From Puccinia triticina (Eukaryota), in the NCBI GenBank assembly GCA_026914245.1, contig CP110439.1:5146001-5210000 (forward strand): a stretch of 64,000 nt of DNA, in the 5' to 3' direction. A model generated the notes under the pieces. That model was not told the origin of the DNA. It did no database searches and saw only the letters and a list, made by a program, of their open reading frames with translations. Both the position numbers and the translations under genes were made by a program. Positions 12,910 through 23,943 of the stretch are shown here, piece by piece (position 1 is the first letter of the stretch; each line of letters opens with the position of its first letter).

Positions 12910-14950
12910 CTAGGGTTTAAGGGCGGCTGCGCCGCCCTGCAACTGTTGGCGCTTTTAATTGTGAAAGTGTAAAAAAATCTAATTGTTTGCATTGTATTAC
13001 TGCAAGAAGTCAAACAAAATTGATGTCAATTCCCGGACTCTGAAACATGGCGAAGAGCCTAGTCTAGCATATATCCATTCACAGAGAAAATAAATGCTTT
13101 TTGGCTTGGCATTTCAAACCTTCCCTACAAAGGCTACAAAAACACTTATTAATAATCAATAATAACACAACTAATGCAAGACATATGTATTAAATACATT
13201 CAGAAGATCTTTAGAACCTCCAATCTGAAAAATTGCCAAATTTTCTGGACAAGTCACCCGCAATAAGGTTACATACAGTTGACCATGGGCAAAAACTTGA
13301 GATTTCAATACAAGCACTACTTGTTTCAATGTTTGGCCCCGGCTCTTGTTAATGTTCATTGAGAAGTATGCTACTACGGGGAACTGATTGCAATAGAATG
13401 AAATCTTAGCCTGGTCTTCACCCTTGTACCGGAGTGTTATATTTGTTAATGTAACTTCTTTTCCTTTATGAGAGCCTGTCAAGATATTTGCACCCATTTT
13501 CCACCTCCTGTTGCACAAGCCTTGCGGAATGTTCAGGTTCTGTAGTAACATTACTGGCATACCAACTGCTAAGGATAAGCTGTGCTCAGGAAAGCCAGGG
13601 AAATCCAGTCTGCTAAGACTTTCCTCTGCCAACAAGTCTAAGGATTCATTGTCTGGCTTATCAACCAAAATTGAGGTTAACACTTCTACATTCATCTTTT
13701 TGAGTACCGCGTGATTCAGAGCTCAAGTATCAACATTAAGTGGGGCCAGGATGCATCTTGAACTGAGATATTCCATGTAACTGTCTTGTGTTCTTTGACA
13801 TTCAGTCTTGATGCCTCCATATGTATACTTGACAGAATTCTGGATGAGGTCATCTGGAGAAATTGCCAAGTTGACATTGATTGTTCCAAGTTGCACCTTC
13901 TCGATTGATGTGGTTTGCAATCTCCCTTCGCCGAGATCAAGTAGTTCTTGACCGCTTCAGTGTCCTTGCTTTGCCTCAGCCTCATGTTAAGGTTTAAAGC
14001 GTGCTTTTTGACTGCTCCCCATAAGGACAAAGATTTTAGAGTGGCGTGACAAGACCGCGGACACTCTTCCAACCCAACGACGGGAAGAGTTTGACAAAGG
14101 TCACCCAGAAAAACAACACACTTTCCCCCAAACGGGTGTGGATTATTTGTCAACAGTTGCAGTGATATGTCAACGGCTTGGATAGCTTGGAGGTGCATCG
14201 TCACAATCTCGTCCCAAAAAATGATGTCGGCTGTGATCATCTCACGACCGCATTTTGTCGAGGCATCAATGCTGCACAAGGTCTCATTGTTAATTGTTAA
14301 TGGGAGCTTGAAAGCAGAGTGAGCCGTTTGACCTCCATTGAGCAGGAGCGCTGCCACCCCCGTCGATGTAACAAGCACACATTTCTTCTGGTTGATTGTC
14401 AAACCATCAATTAAACTGTCGAGAAGAAAAGTTTTACCGGTCCCGCCAGGTCCATCCAAGTAGAATGTTTGTGGCACTTGGTTATTGACCGCATACATCA
14501 CACCATTGAAGAAGACTCGCTGCTCCGGAGTAAACATCATTTCATTCTTCTCCAAGCGGGCACTGATCGCGGCGAAGTCAAAAATATCTTGCGCTCCATC
14601 AAACATCTCCATCAGGAATTGATCTTTACAGGAAAGCTTCAACCCAACGGACTGGAAACAAGACATAATGTTGGTATCAATATTGGCACATCTATTCTGG
14701 GACACGGTCTCAGCTTCCCGGAATTGGCGAACATCTTATTCTGGAAATTGCGGGGCCCGGAGAGACATTGTAGCCCGGGACACTGTCTCAGGATCCCGGA
14801 ATTGGTAGTATTCCGGCAACGTGTAGGCCTCGGAAGGAATAGCATACCAACCCGGGAAACAGAAATAGTCTCAGCTTTCCGGATTTGGAGGACATCATCA
14901 GCTTCACATTCTTGCAACGCACACAGACAATGGAGGGGAAAATAGTAACT
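12910..14950 (-). mobile_element. Truncated Helitron (3' end plus helicase; 5' boundary approximate)
   Basis: CTAG|T at 12910 with hairpin GGGCGGC-TGC-GCCGCCC at 12921-12937, downstream of a PIF1 helicase; no Rep (HUH) motifs seen. Confidence 0.8.
13171..14705 (-). pseudogene. Helitron PIF1-like SF1B DNA helicase, frameshifted
   Basis: DGPGGTGKT, STGVAALLL.GGQTAHS.FK, IFWDE, PFGGK..VFLGD..QTLPV, NMRL, GMPVMLL.NL...GLCN, QFPV, INKSRGQT, HGQLYV, spread over three ORFs. Confidence 0.92.
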
Positions 14951-16119
14951 TGATGTTGAGAAACATAATAGGGTCGGAAAAGGAATAAGGCGAGGCGGAA
15001 GTCGTGGTCAGTTGAGGTTGGGGGGAAAAGTATAAAAGGATACGGCGTCTGGGGTAGTTGAGTTCACCACTTGGCTCTTGCTCGGCGCCAATTGCTTAAA
15101 GAGCCAAGTGGTCCAGGTCATATTGTACCTGTAATTTTATTTTACAACTGGGGGAAATGCTGCCAATTTTTTTTTGTGGTGTTCCTGTCGGTCCGCTTAA
15201 TGTTAAACCACTGATTCAGATAAAACTGTGTCTTTAATAAACTTGGATATACACTGATGTTGGAATTTCTCCTTGACATATGATATAATTCCTCATGTGG
15301 AGCCTGAAGCCCTGTAATCACTGGATCAACCCCAACTTCAAGTCTCTTTATCCTTTCCTCCCTGTCCTTTCCTCATTGTCCTGGCTTCCTTCTTACTGCC
15401 TCTTGAGTCCTTTTCCAGCCTTTTCCTTGCCTACATGCTGTTGCTTTCCCTCTCTCTCCTCCTTATCCCATCCCTCACTTTTCTCCACTCTTCTTCCCTT
15501 TCATTTGCAATCCATTTGAGTTTCTCAACACCTAGCAGTTACCCATTGTCATTGACTATTTTATATTTTATTGAATTCCTCAGGAAACTCAACATCCATT
15601 AACCAATTCATTAAATTTTTCAACATTCATGGTCCGCAGCCAGTCAACTCACATGCAGCAAACTCAATTTGGTGAAGAAACCAAAAAGGTCTCTTGGATG
15701 ATCTTCTGATTTCATTCTGATGATTATCATATGTCTACTTCTCTTTTAATTTTTTCAGTTTTCTCTCAATTGCAACTTCCTGTTGTTTTTCTTCTTTTGG
15801 CCTTTCCAAAAGATTCATACATATCACAGGCTAGGCTCCCATATGGCAGTTCTCATCAGTAAACAGCCATTTTCAGCAATTCAATTGCAAATGAGCTGCG
15901 GGCAAACAACGGTCTGAGACCTCATCAGCAAGCAACCGACCTTATGCCACCTTTGGGCAGTGTATGCAACCCAGTCTCAGTAAGACTACACTTGCTTCAC
16001 TTGGGCCCTGGGCAGAGTCAGACCGGGGGACGGACCAGGCCCCGGGGGTTATGCCGCGAGTCGCTAGGGGCGGGCACCGAGCCTGACCCGGCCAGAAAAG
16101 CAGGACGAACCACAGCACG

Positions 16120-17423
16120 ATGAACATCTCACACCTCGAGCGCTTCCTGACGACCTCCCCGGACACGACAAGTGGAGCCGACGAGCCGCCGCTCGACCTG
16201 GACAACATCTGTCTGCTCCGGGCCCGGTCGATGCGCAAGTTCGTGCGGGCGCTGGAGAGCATCGCGACGCGGTACGCGGGCGACGGGGACGAGGAGGCGG
16301 ACGACGTGGTGGACCTGGCCCGGCTCGAGGTGGTCGAGGACCGCGGATACATCCGCAACCGGCTTGCCCTCCAGCCCCTCTCCTCGCCCAGCTCCAACAA
16401 GGGCAAGCAAAGGGCCGACCCCCGTCTCCAGCTCTTCGACCTCCTCGACCCTCCCTCTCACGACGCGGATCCCGACGAATGGGGCGAGATTGATGGCCAG
16501 AGCGGCGGGACGGAGGACGAGGACTACACCAGCGACGATCCGGATTCCTCGTCTGTTATCTCAGCCCCTTCATCTTCATCATCGTCATCGTCCAGAGAGA
16601 GTGGGGCGCGGAAAACCCTCGCTCTCCAGGCCCCACCGAGCGCCTCAACGCTGAGCCAATCCGCCCCAGCCTCGCCCCCCGCCCACCCCACCCCTCGCAT
16701 CGCCTATCTCGATCCGCGCAACACAGTGACCAATGCGCTCTTCGAGCGGCTCAAGAAACGCGTCCAGGAACGCGCGTCCGACATCTCCCGCCACCGGCTC
16801 CACAAGGCCTCGACGACGGGCCGGGCAGAGGAAGAACCGTGCGGGTTTTCGTCGCCAAGCTCCGTCAGTTCATCTTTTCCAGCGGCCACGGGGCTTCTCC
16901 TTCTGATCCATGAGGAATAAAACTGATGTTTCTGGGTTGTGCACGTTCGTAGTCGATGGCCACGTCGGCCTCGCTCTCGTCGGTGCTGACGACGACGGCG
17001 CCGATGCTTTCGCCGTACCTGAAGCGGCTGCTGCACGCGAGCGGGACGACGCGGGAGGGGCGCACGGGAGCGATGATGGCGGCCCCGCAGACGCCGTCGA
17101 CGCTGCGTCGGAGCAGCCCTGCACCCGAGCCGCGTCCCATCTCCTCGCGGAAACGGCCCCGCCCCGCCTCGCCCGTCCTCTCCTCCTCACCGCCCCGCAC
17201 CGTCGCCCGCCCCTCCCTGCTCTTCTCCTCTGCCCTCAACCCTGCAACACTCGTACCGAACCCCCCTTTGCCTTCGATGTCTTCGGCCCAGCTTGACCAG
17301 GAACAGGCCGACGAGGCCGACAGACGGGCCCGCGAAAGCTCCGAAGACCCCATGCTCCTGCCCGCTAGCTCAAAGAAACGCAGACACTCCAAACCTCGGG
17401 CCTCGGGCCCCCCTCTGCCCTGA
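16120..17423 (+). CDS. SCM3: Scm3/HJURP-domain CENP-A (CenH3) chaperone, 2 exons, ~404 aa
   Basis: N-terminal RSMRKFVRALESIATRYAG..DDVVDLARLEVVEDRGYIR fits the Scm3 motif; phase-0 intron 16864-16952 (GTCAGT...CTGAT...TAG) joins ORFs 16120 and 16956; CpG-rich coding DNA. Confidence 0.78.
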
Positions 17424-20400
17424 CCCACAAGGACCGCCCTGCTGCTTGAGCAAGACTTTTTTTTTTTTTTTTAGTGCTTATTGATTTGACATTGCGCACT
17501 TAAGTATTGTGTTTTGAAAAATGCTTGGTCACTTTTCCAAAATTAGTTCTGCAGCGGAAAGTTTAAAAGCTACACTTTTGATGTCTGGGAGGCTCTGGTA
17601 GCTGGATATGAGTAGAATCTGTGGGTGAACTCCATTTCTGGAATACATCAAGTGAAGTTGGTGTTTTTGTGATGGAGGGGGAGATTACCCAAATCTCCAA
17701 GAATTATTCAAAACACAATACATGCTAGTAGATTATATACATACAATGATGTTTTGAATATGATACATGGTTGAATAAAGCCAGTTGTTTTTATTGTTGA
17801 GTTTGAAGAATTTTAGTCCGGCTGATTTTTAGAGAAGAAGGAAAAAAAAGGGAAGAAAGCACCCAAAGAAAGTGATAACAGAAAAATCCATCTCTTTTGA
17901 CAAGTCTGAACCTTTGCAAAAGTCAAATCCAACTAACTTTTGTCACAACTGTGGCCCAGACAGTTACGTGTTATGTGGGTGCTCAAGCCACATACCCTAG
18001 AGATTTAAGCGGGCAGAAAGTTAGCCAAACCTGACCCCCTGCTAGGATCCAGCCCAACCTTTCCCACCAAAAAACCTGGGAAGTTGACCTGTGTGTTTTT
18101 GTCAATAACAAATATAGAGACAATAATAATCATATTGGTGATGATAATCATAAAAATAATAATAAAAAAAGATAATGATCTCAATAAGAAAAGGAAAAGG
18201 AAACCACAACTAATGATTTTGATTTTCTTCCATATAGATTTTGATATTTTTGAATCAATTGGTGTTGAGCTGGATGAATTTTGAAAGTGATTTGAAAACC
18301 AAAGGATTGTCAAGTAAGTCTTTCAACAAATTTGGATTGATTTTGATTTTTTTTGATATTAACTGTGATCTGAATTTCTTGCGCTTATTGTTGAGCCTTC
18401 TACATTGAATGAGATAGTGATAAACCATTTCTGGAACTCAACATTCTGTACAGTTGGGGGATTCAATTTTGTCAATGTGAAAGAGGAAATTGTTAAGATG
18501 CAAATGGCTGACTCAAAGTTGATAAATTGTGGAACTCAATCCAAGCTCCTGACAATTCAAGGATTCAAAAATCTTCATTGGAAATTTGGAAAGTGAGATG
18601 TTGTTTTGGTTGATTGCTGTCTTCATTTTTCTGAATTTGAATCTGGATCTGATAACTTGTTGAATGTTGGAAAGTGTTCTTTTTTGCTGATCAAGGTTGA
18701 ACATTTGATTGCCTTCTGTAGCTTCTTTGGCAAGTAGATAAACTTTCTTGTTTTCCGGAATCCCAACATGTGCTAGGCACCAAAAGAGCAAGACCAAAAA
18801 GCCAAAAAGGATTAATTCTTTGATTTTGTTGAAAATTTGGATAAAGACGTGTTGATTTGATTGTGAATGAGGCGGTCTAGCAATAACTTGAAGGACTGCC
18901 TGATTGTCGGAGAAGATGTTGATCCAATTTGATAGAGGTAAATTGTTTTTGAGGAATTCATTCTTGACAATATGATCAAGAACAATATTAACTGCCTGAA
19001 CTTCTACTTCAAAAGCTGATGCCTTGTCCACATCATTGATCCAACAGGCAAAAAATGTTGAGTTGTTATGGAGAGCCGCCAAGGCTGATCCTTTATCTGG
19101 AATATTAGAACCATCTGTAAAAAGAAGAGATTATTTTTCCCTTTTCTTCTCCAAAATTTGGTTAATAACTATCCCTTTAGCTGATTCTGTTTTAATTTTA
19201 AGATTTTCAACTTTAATAAAGAAATTTGACCAGGGTGGAATAATGTGATTATGAATTGTTTTGATTGTTTGCAGGTTGTATTCTGAAAATAATTGATCAT
19301 CAAAAATGTTGTGCATTGACAAAAGGTGAGTTGAAGGTTGGTTATTGAGTTCATTTACAACCAACTGTCTGACTGGATGGTCTTCAGGAGCTGTCAACTT
19401 TTTACAGATATATGAGTGGCTTTTCTTTTTAACACATTGAAAAAGGGGATTAACGGTGAGTCACTCTCAATGAATTTGCATGGAGTAGTTTTAAACACCC
19501 CAAGGACCACTCAAACTGCTTGGTTATATATTTTAACAATCATATTTTTAACTGAGGCTTTGTTTCTTTTAGAAGCCCAAACACAACTACTGTATAAGAC
19601 TCTTGATCAAAGTACACTCATGAAGAGATTCTTGGACTGTTGTAAGCCCAAACCACACAAACACCGGGATATTCTGATAAGTTGATTTGCCGTATTGATT
19701 CCGCATTTCTTGACTTTCTGTAGGTGAAGGGTGAAAGAGAGTCGTGGATCAAGAATTACACCAAGATATTTGACTGAATCCAACTTGTTCATATTAATAT
19801 TGCCGAATGAAAATGGTCAAACATCAACTGAACAATGGGTAAAAACCATGAAGTTTGCTTTCTTCTTACCAAAAATGTGTTATGTTTCTTTCCCCATACA
19901 AGGGAATGGCTACCCTTGTTTTTGAGTGAAGGAATGGCATTTTTGAGTCAACTGTTGGCCACAAAGTTAGTGACATTGTTGATAAAACCTAAAGAGAATT
20001 TGTCTTGATTCAAACTTAGAGGAGAATTAATTAGTAGTCCTGAATTATAGATGATATACAGAATGGGCAACAAGGGAGATCCTTGTGGCAATCCACAACT
20101 TAATTGAAAGGAAGGAGATAGATAATCATCCATACAAAGGGATTTAGTGCAATCTGATAAGAAGGAATGGATAATTTTTGATAGGTACGTTGGCATGTCA
20201 AGGTGAGTAAGGGAGTCAATCAACCAATCCTTGATAACCAAAGGATAGGCTAATTTAACATCAAGAAAGAGTGCTGATACCACCTTATTCTCTCTCCATT
20301 TTTTTCCAAATCCATGATGATAGAAACATATTAGCATCATCAGTACAACAATTAGCTCAACCACCAAAGTGGCCATGAGCTAGTACATCATTGTTTTCAG

Positions 20401-21072
20401 CCCAGTAAGTTATCCTCTTATTCAATAGACTCTTGAATATTTTTCCTAAACATGAAAGAAGTGCACTAGGGCAATATGACCCTGGAAGTGAATACAAATA
20501 TTTATTGGCTTTCCTGATAATTACTGTGATGGTGTGTCTCCAGAACTTAGGAAAATACCCCAGTCTGAGACATGCAGAAAAGAGATTGGTGAGTAGAGGG
20601 ATTACAAAATCTTTACTCCAAAAGAGAACTTTGTTAGCAATGTCATCATGACCTCTGGCTTTTTTTTTTGGGTAGTTTGGAAATGATGTTATCGACCTCA
20701 AGCAATATGAAAAAAAAAAAACTCAAGAAACTGGTGTCAGTTGACATGCCAGATGCAGGCTGATACAATGCCTCTTACCTGAGTTTATCCAGATTCATTC
20801 CAGGTTGAGTCCATGTATTTTTACAAACTAGCTCAGGCTAAAAGGTATGTTGAGACTCCGCCAGCTGCACCATAATTTAGTGCACATTCACTTTCAAGGT
20901 GCTCAGTTGGCACAGCAGGATCACCTGAGTAAGCATCAACCCCCTTGTCCACCTGAAGGAATCCCCCCAGCCAACTAACTAGGCCATACCCCCTATATTG
21001 ACTGGGAGGAATCCCTCCTGTTCAACAAATACATAGAACAGTCAACCAAGAGGGATCTCTCCTGGTTGACTG

Positions 21073-22325
21073 TAGAGATCGCCAAGTGGACCCGGGTACC
21101 CGTGGCGGGTGCGGGTACCTGCGGTCATTTTGGGCATATTTAGATACCCGCACTCGGACCCGGCACCCGTAGGGCGGGTACCGGCGGTACCTGTGGCGGG
21201 TATCACGGGTGCCGCCTACAATTCAACCCTCTAGCCGGTCTATGCTGGCTTCAAGGGTGGTGTAACCTCTTGAGGACCGACACAGGCCGGTCATCAAGGG
21301 TGTATATACCCTCTCAATGTCTGGTCTGTGCTGGACACCAAGAGGGCATACAGTCTTGATGGCACAGAAGGACATCGAGAGGGTGTGTGTTTACCCTCCC
21401 AATGTCCAGTCTGTGCCGGTCACCAAGAGTTTACACCACCCTCAAAGCCGGCATAGACCGTCATCAAGGGTGTATATACCCTCTCGGTGCCCGGTCTGGG
21501 CCAGATATCAAGAGGGATGTCTGCGTGTGAATTCTTGATGTCCGGTCTGGGCCGGACATCAAGAGTGTTATAAGGAAGCGGAGACAATTGTTAGGGTCCG
21601 CGACTGGTTGAAGAGCAGATGAAGAGATGTATTTCATAAAAAAGATGAAAGATAAACAAAAAAATGGAAATAGTGCTGAGACAAACCTATAAGGAAGCAG
21701 AGACAATCGTTAGGGTCCGCGACTGGTTGAAGAGCAGATAGAGAGATGAGGTCTTCAACCAGCCGCGGGTAAAGGCTTATATATATACAAAGTGTATGGA
21801 CTATTGAGTTGTAAAGTATGAGTATGAGAAAAATAGATGAGAAAATAATAATAGACATGAATATGGAAATAGAAGATAAATAAGGTTCAACATTTTGACA
21901 ATCCCTAAACTCTACAAGTGTATGCCCTCTTGGTGTCCAGCACAGACCGGACATCAAGAGGGCATATGTACATACACCCTCCTGATGTCCGCTCTTTGCC
22001 GGACATCGAGAGTGTATGCCCCCTCGGTGTCAGGCACATACCGGACATCAAGAGGGCATACATACACCCTCTCGATGTCCGGTCTGTGCCAGAAATCAAG
22101 AGTGTATGCCCTCTTGGTGTCCAGCATGTGCTGGACACCAAGAGGGTTAGGTTACAGGGGCGGCCATGATTGTGCTGCAAAAGGTTGTCCGCAACTGCTT
22201 GTCTCCAGACCTTTTGCAGCGGGTACCCGCCATCCAAAATTTACGTACCCGGACCCGCACACGGTACCCGCCAAGGGCTAGCAGGTACCTGCCCACGGAT
22301 ACCGGGTACCCACGGGCGATCTCTA
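21073..22325. mobile_element. Non-autonomous hAT element nested in the CACTA element
   Basis: TIR TAGAGATCGCC; 8-bp TSD GTTGACTG at 21065-21072 and 22326-22333; subterminal GGGTACCCG motifs. Confidence 0.92.
21569..21916. mobile_element. Solo-LTR-like insertion in the hAT element
   Basis: 5-bp TSD AGTGT at 21564-21568 and 21917-21921; ends TA...CA rather than TG...CA; AT-rich; internal ~50-bp duplication. Confidence 0.55.
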
Positions 22326-22329
22326 GTTG

Positions 22330-22965
22330 ACTGCTTCATACAGTACTTGACTTGGAGGGATCCCTCCCGTCCAACAAATACATAGGATAGTTGACTGGGA
22401 GGGATCCCTCCCAGTCAACTAATACATGGAAAAGTCATCCAGGAGGCATCCCTCCTGGACAACTGATACGTAGAAAAATCAACCAGGAGGAATCCCTCCC
22501 GGTTGACTGCTCCATACAAAAGTCAAATGGGAGGGATACCTCCCAGTTGACTATTCCATATATCAGTTGTCCAGGAGGCATCCCTCCCGGTCAACTATTG
22601 TATGAACCTGTTGTCCAGGAGAGATCCCTTCCGGACAACTGTTGTATGGAGCAGTTGACCAGGAGGGATCCTTTGTGGTTGACTATTCTATGTGTCAGTC
22701 GTCCTGGAGAGATCCCTTCTGTTCAACTGATATAGGGAATATTTGTCTGGGAGGCATCCCTCCTGGTCAAGAGGTTCATACAATAGTTGACCGGGAGGGA
22801 TCCCTCCCAGACAACTGTTCTATGTATCAGTTGACCGGGAGGAATCCCTCCTGGACAACTGTTCTATGTATCAGTCAACCAGGAGGGATCCCTCCTGGAA
22901 AACTGTTCTATGTATCAGTCAACCGGAAGTATCAGTTGACCAGGAGGGATCCCTCTTGGTCAAAA
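22330..22965. repeat. Array of palindromes CAGTTGACCAGGAGGGA|TCCCTCCTGGTCAACTG with a 44-bp period
   Basis: GGATCC-like centres near 22360, 22404, 22448, 22491, 22535, 22579, 22623, 22667, 22711, 22756, 22800, 22844, 22888; further copies at 20940-21072. Confidence 0.85.
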
Positions 22966-23943
22966 TGGGTGGATGTGGCATATTTGGTTGGCTGGGGGGA
23001 TTCCTCCTGCTTGACAAAGGTGCTGACATTTACCTACGCCAGCTGAGCAACTCAAAAGTGAGTGCACTAAGTTAAGGTGCAGCTGGTGTGGCTAAGTAGA
23101 GTCTTAAAATACTGCTTAGCCTGCGCTGTTGAGCAACTTCCAAATATTCCAGGTTGCACCACCCTGGGATTTGTTTTTCATCAGGCTTGTTTCAAGGGGG
23201 ACTGAACTCCAGTATACTGCATGTCAACTGACACCAGTTTCTTGAGTTTTTTACATAGTGAAGGTATGAAATGTGAGGAAAAGAGAAGGAAACAGGAAAT
23301 GACACAGGAAGAAAATCATCAAGATCACATTCAATCAAACTTCCAATTTTCCCTTAAAAAGAAACTGAGCCTGTTCTTCTTTATTGGAAGTGAGTACATT
23401 ATCTTCATTAAGCAACAGCGCAACACTGCCATTACTGCTGGGTTTAGTAAATTTATAGGCTTTGAAAATCTGGTGATCTTTACTCTCAGCCAGGAATTTA
23501 TGCCAGTGATTCCACTTGAGCTCGAAATACTTTATCCTTGAAAATATTCTGCCAGTTGCGATAAGCAAGACCATGAGGATAGTTCCACGGAGAGTGTATT
23601 TGAGTGGATGGGAAATTCAACCTATCATGAGCACTTCTGGGCCACCAACAACTTGAATCTCTCACCCAGCAAGCCAATCAGCACAAAACCCTTAGGCTTC
23701 TTCCACATCCACCCCTGATCTGGATCAATACCCTGTCTCACAATATACCCCCTTTGCTGCTTCTGTTTTTTTTTTGTTTCTGTCCTTGCTTCTTTTTTTT
23801 ACTGCAGTGGACTTGCCTTCTGGGACTATTCTATTGTAGCAGGAAAAGTTTTTTAGTTAGTAATTACCGGTTGAGCTGCATATGTAGTTGTTCATCAATA
23901 TAAGCTCCAAAGCACAGGGGGTTTGTTATATGTCTTGAAAGGA

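Larger units (their letters stand above)
20703..23260. mobile_element. Non-autonomous CACTA/EnSpm element inserted in the LINE
   Basis: Right end reverse complement CACTATGTAAAAAACTCAAGAAACTGGTGTCAGTTGACATGC; left end CAATATG(A)nCTCAAGAAACTGGTGTCAGTTGACATGC; 3-bp TSD AAG at 20700-20702 and 23261-23263. Confidence 0.9.
18005..23545 (-). mobile_element. Degenerate, 5'-truncated Tad1-like LINE (RT, RNase H, CCHC), interrupted at 20703-23260
   Basis: KARGHDDIAN, Y.P.ALLSCLGK, FLDVKLAY, GLPQGSPLLPILY, KYLGVILDPRL; RNase H FTDGS, IFSDNQA, WCLAHVGI; many stops and frameshifts; outer boundaries approximate. Confidence 0.9.

Noticed and set aside
13171..14705. Host PIF1/RRM3 helicase gene
   Set aside because: Frameshifted, apparently intronless, and followed by a Helitron hairpin-CTAG terminus.
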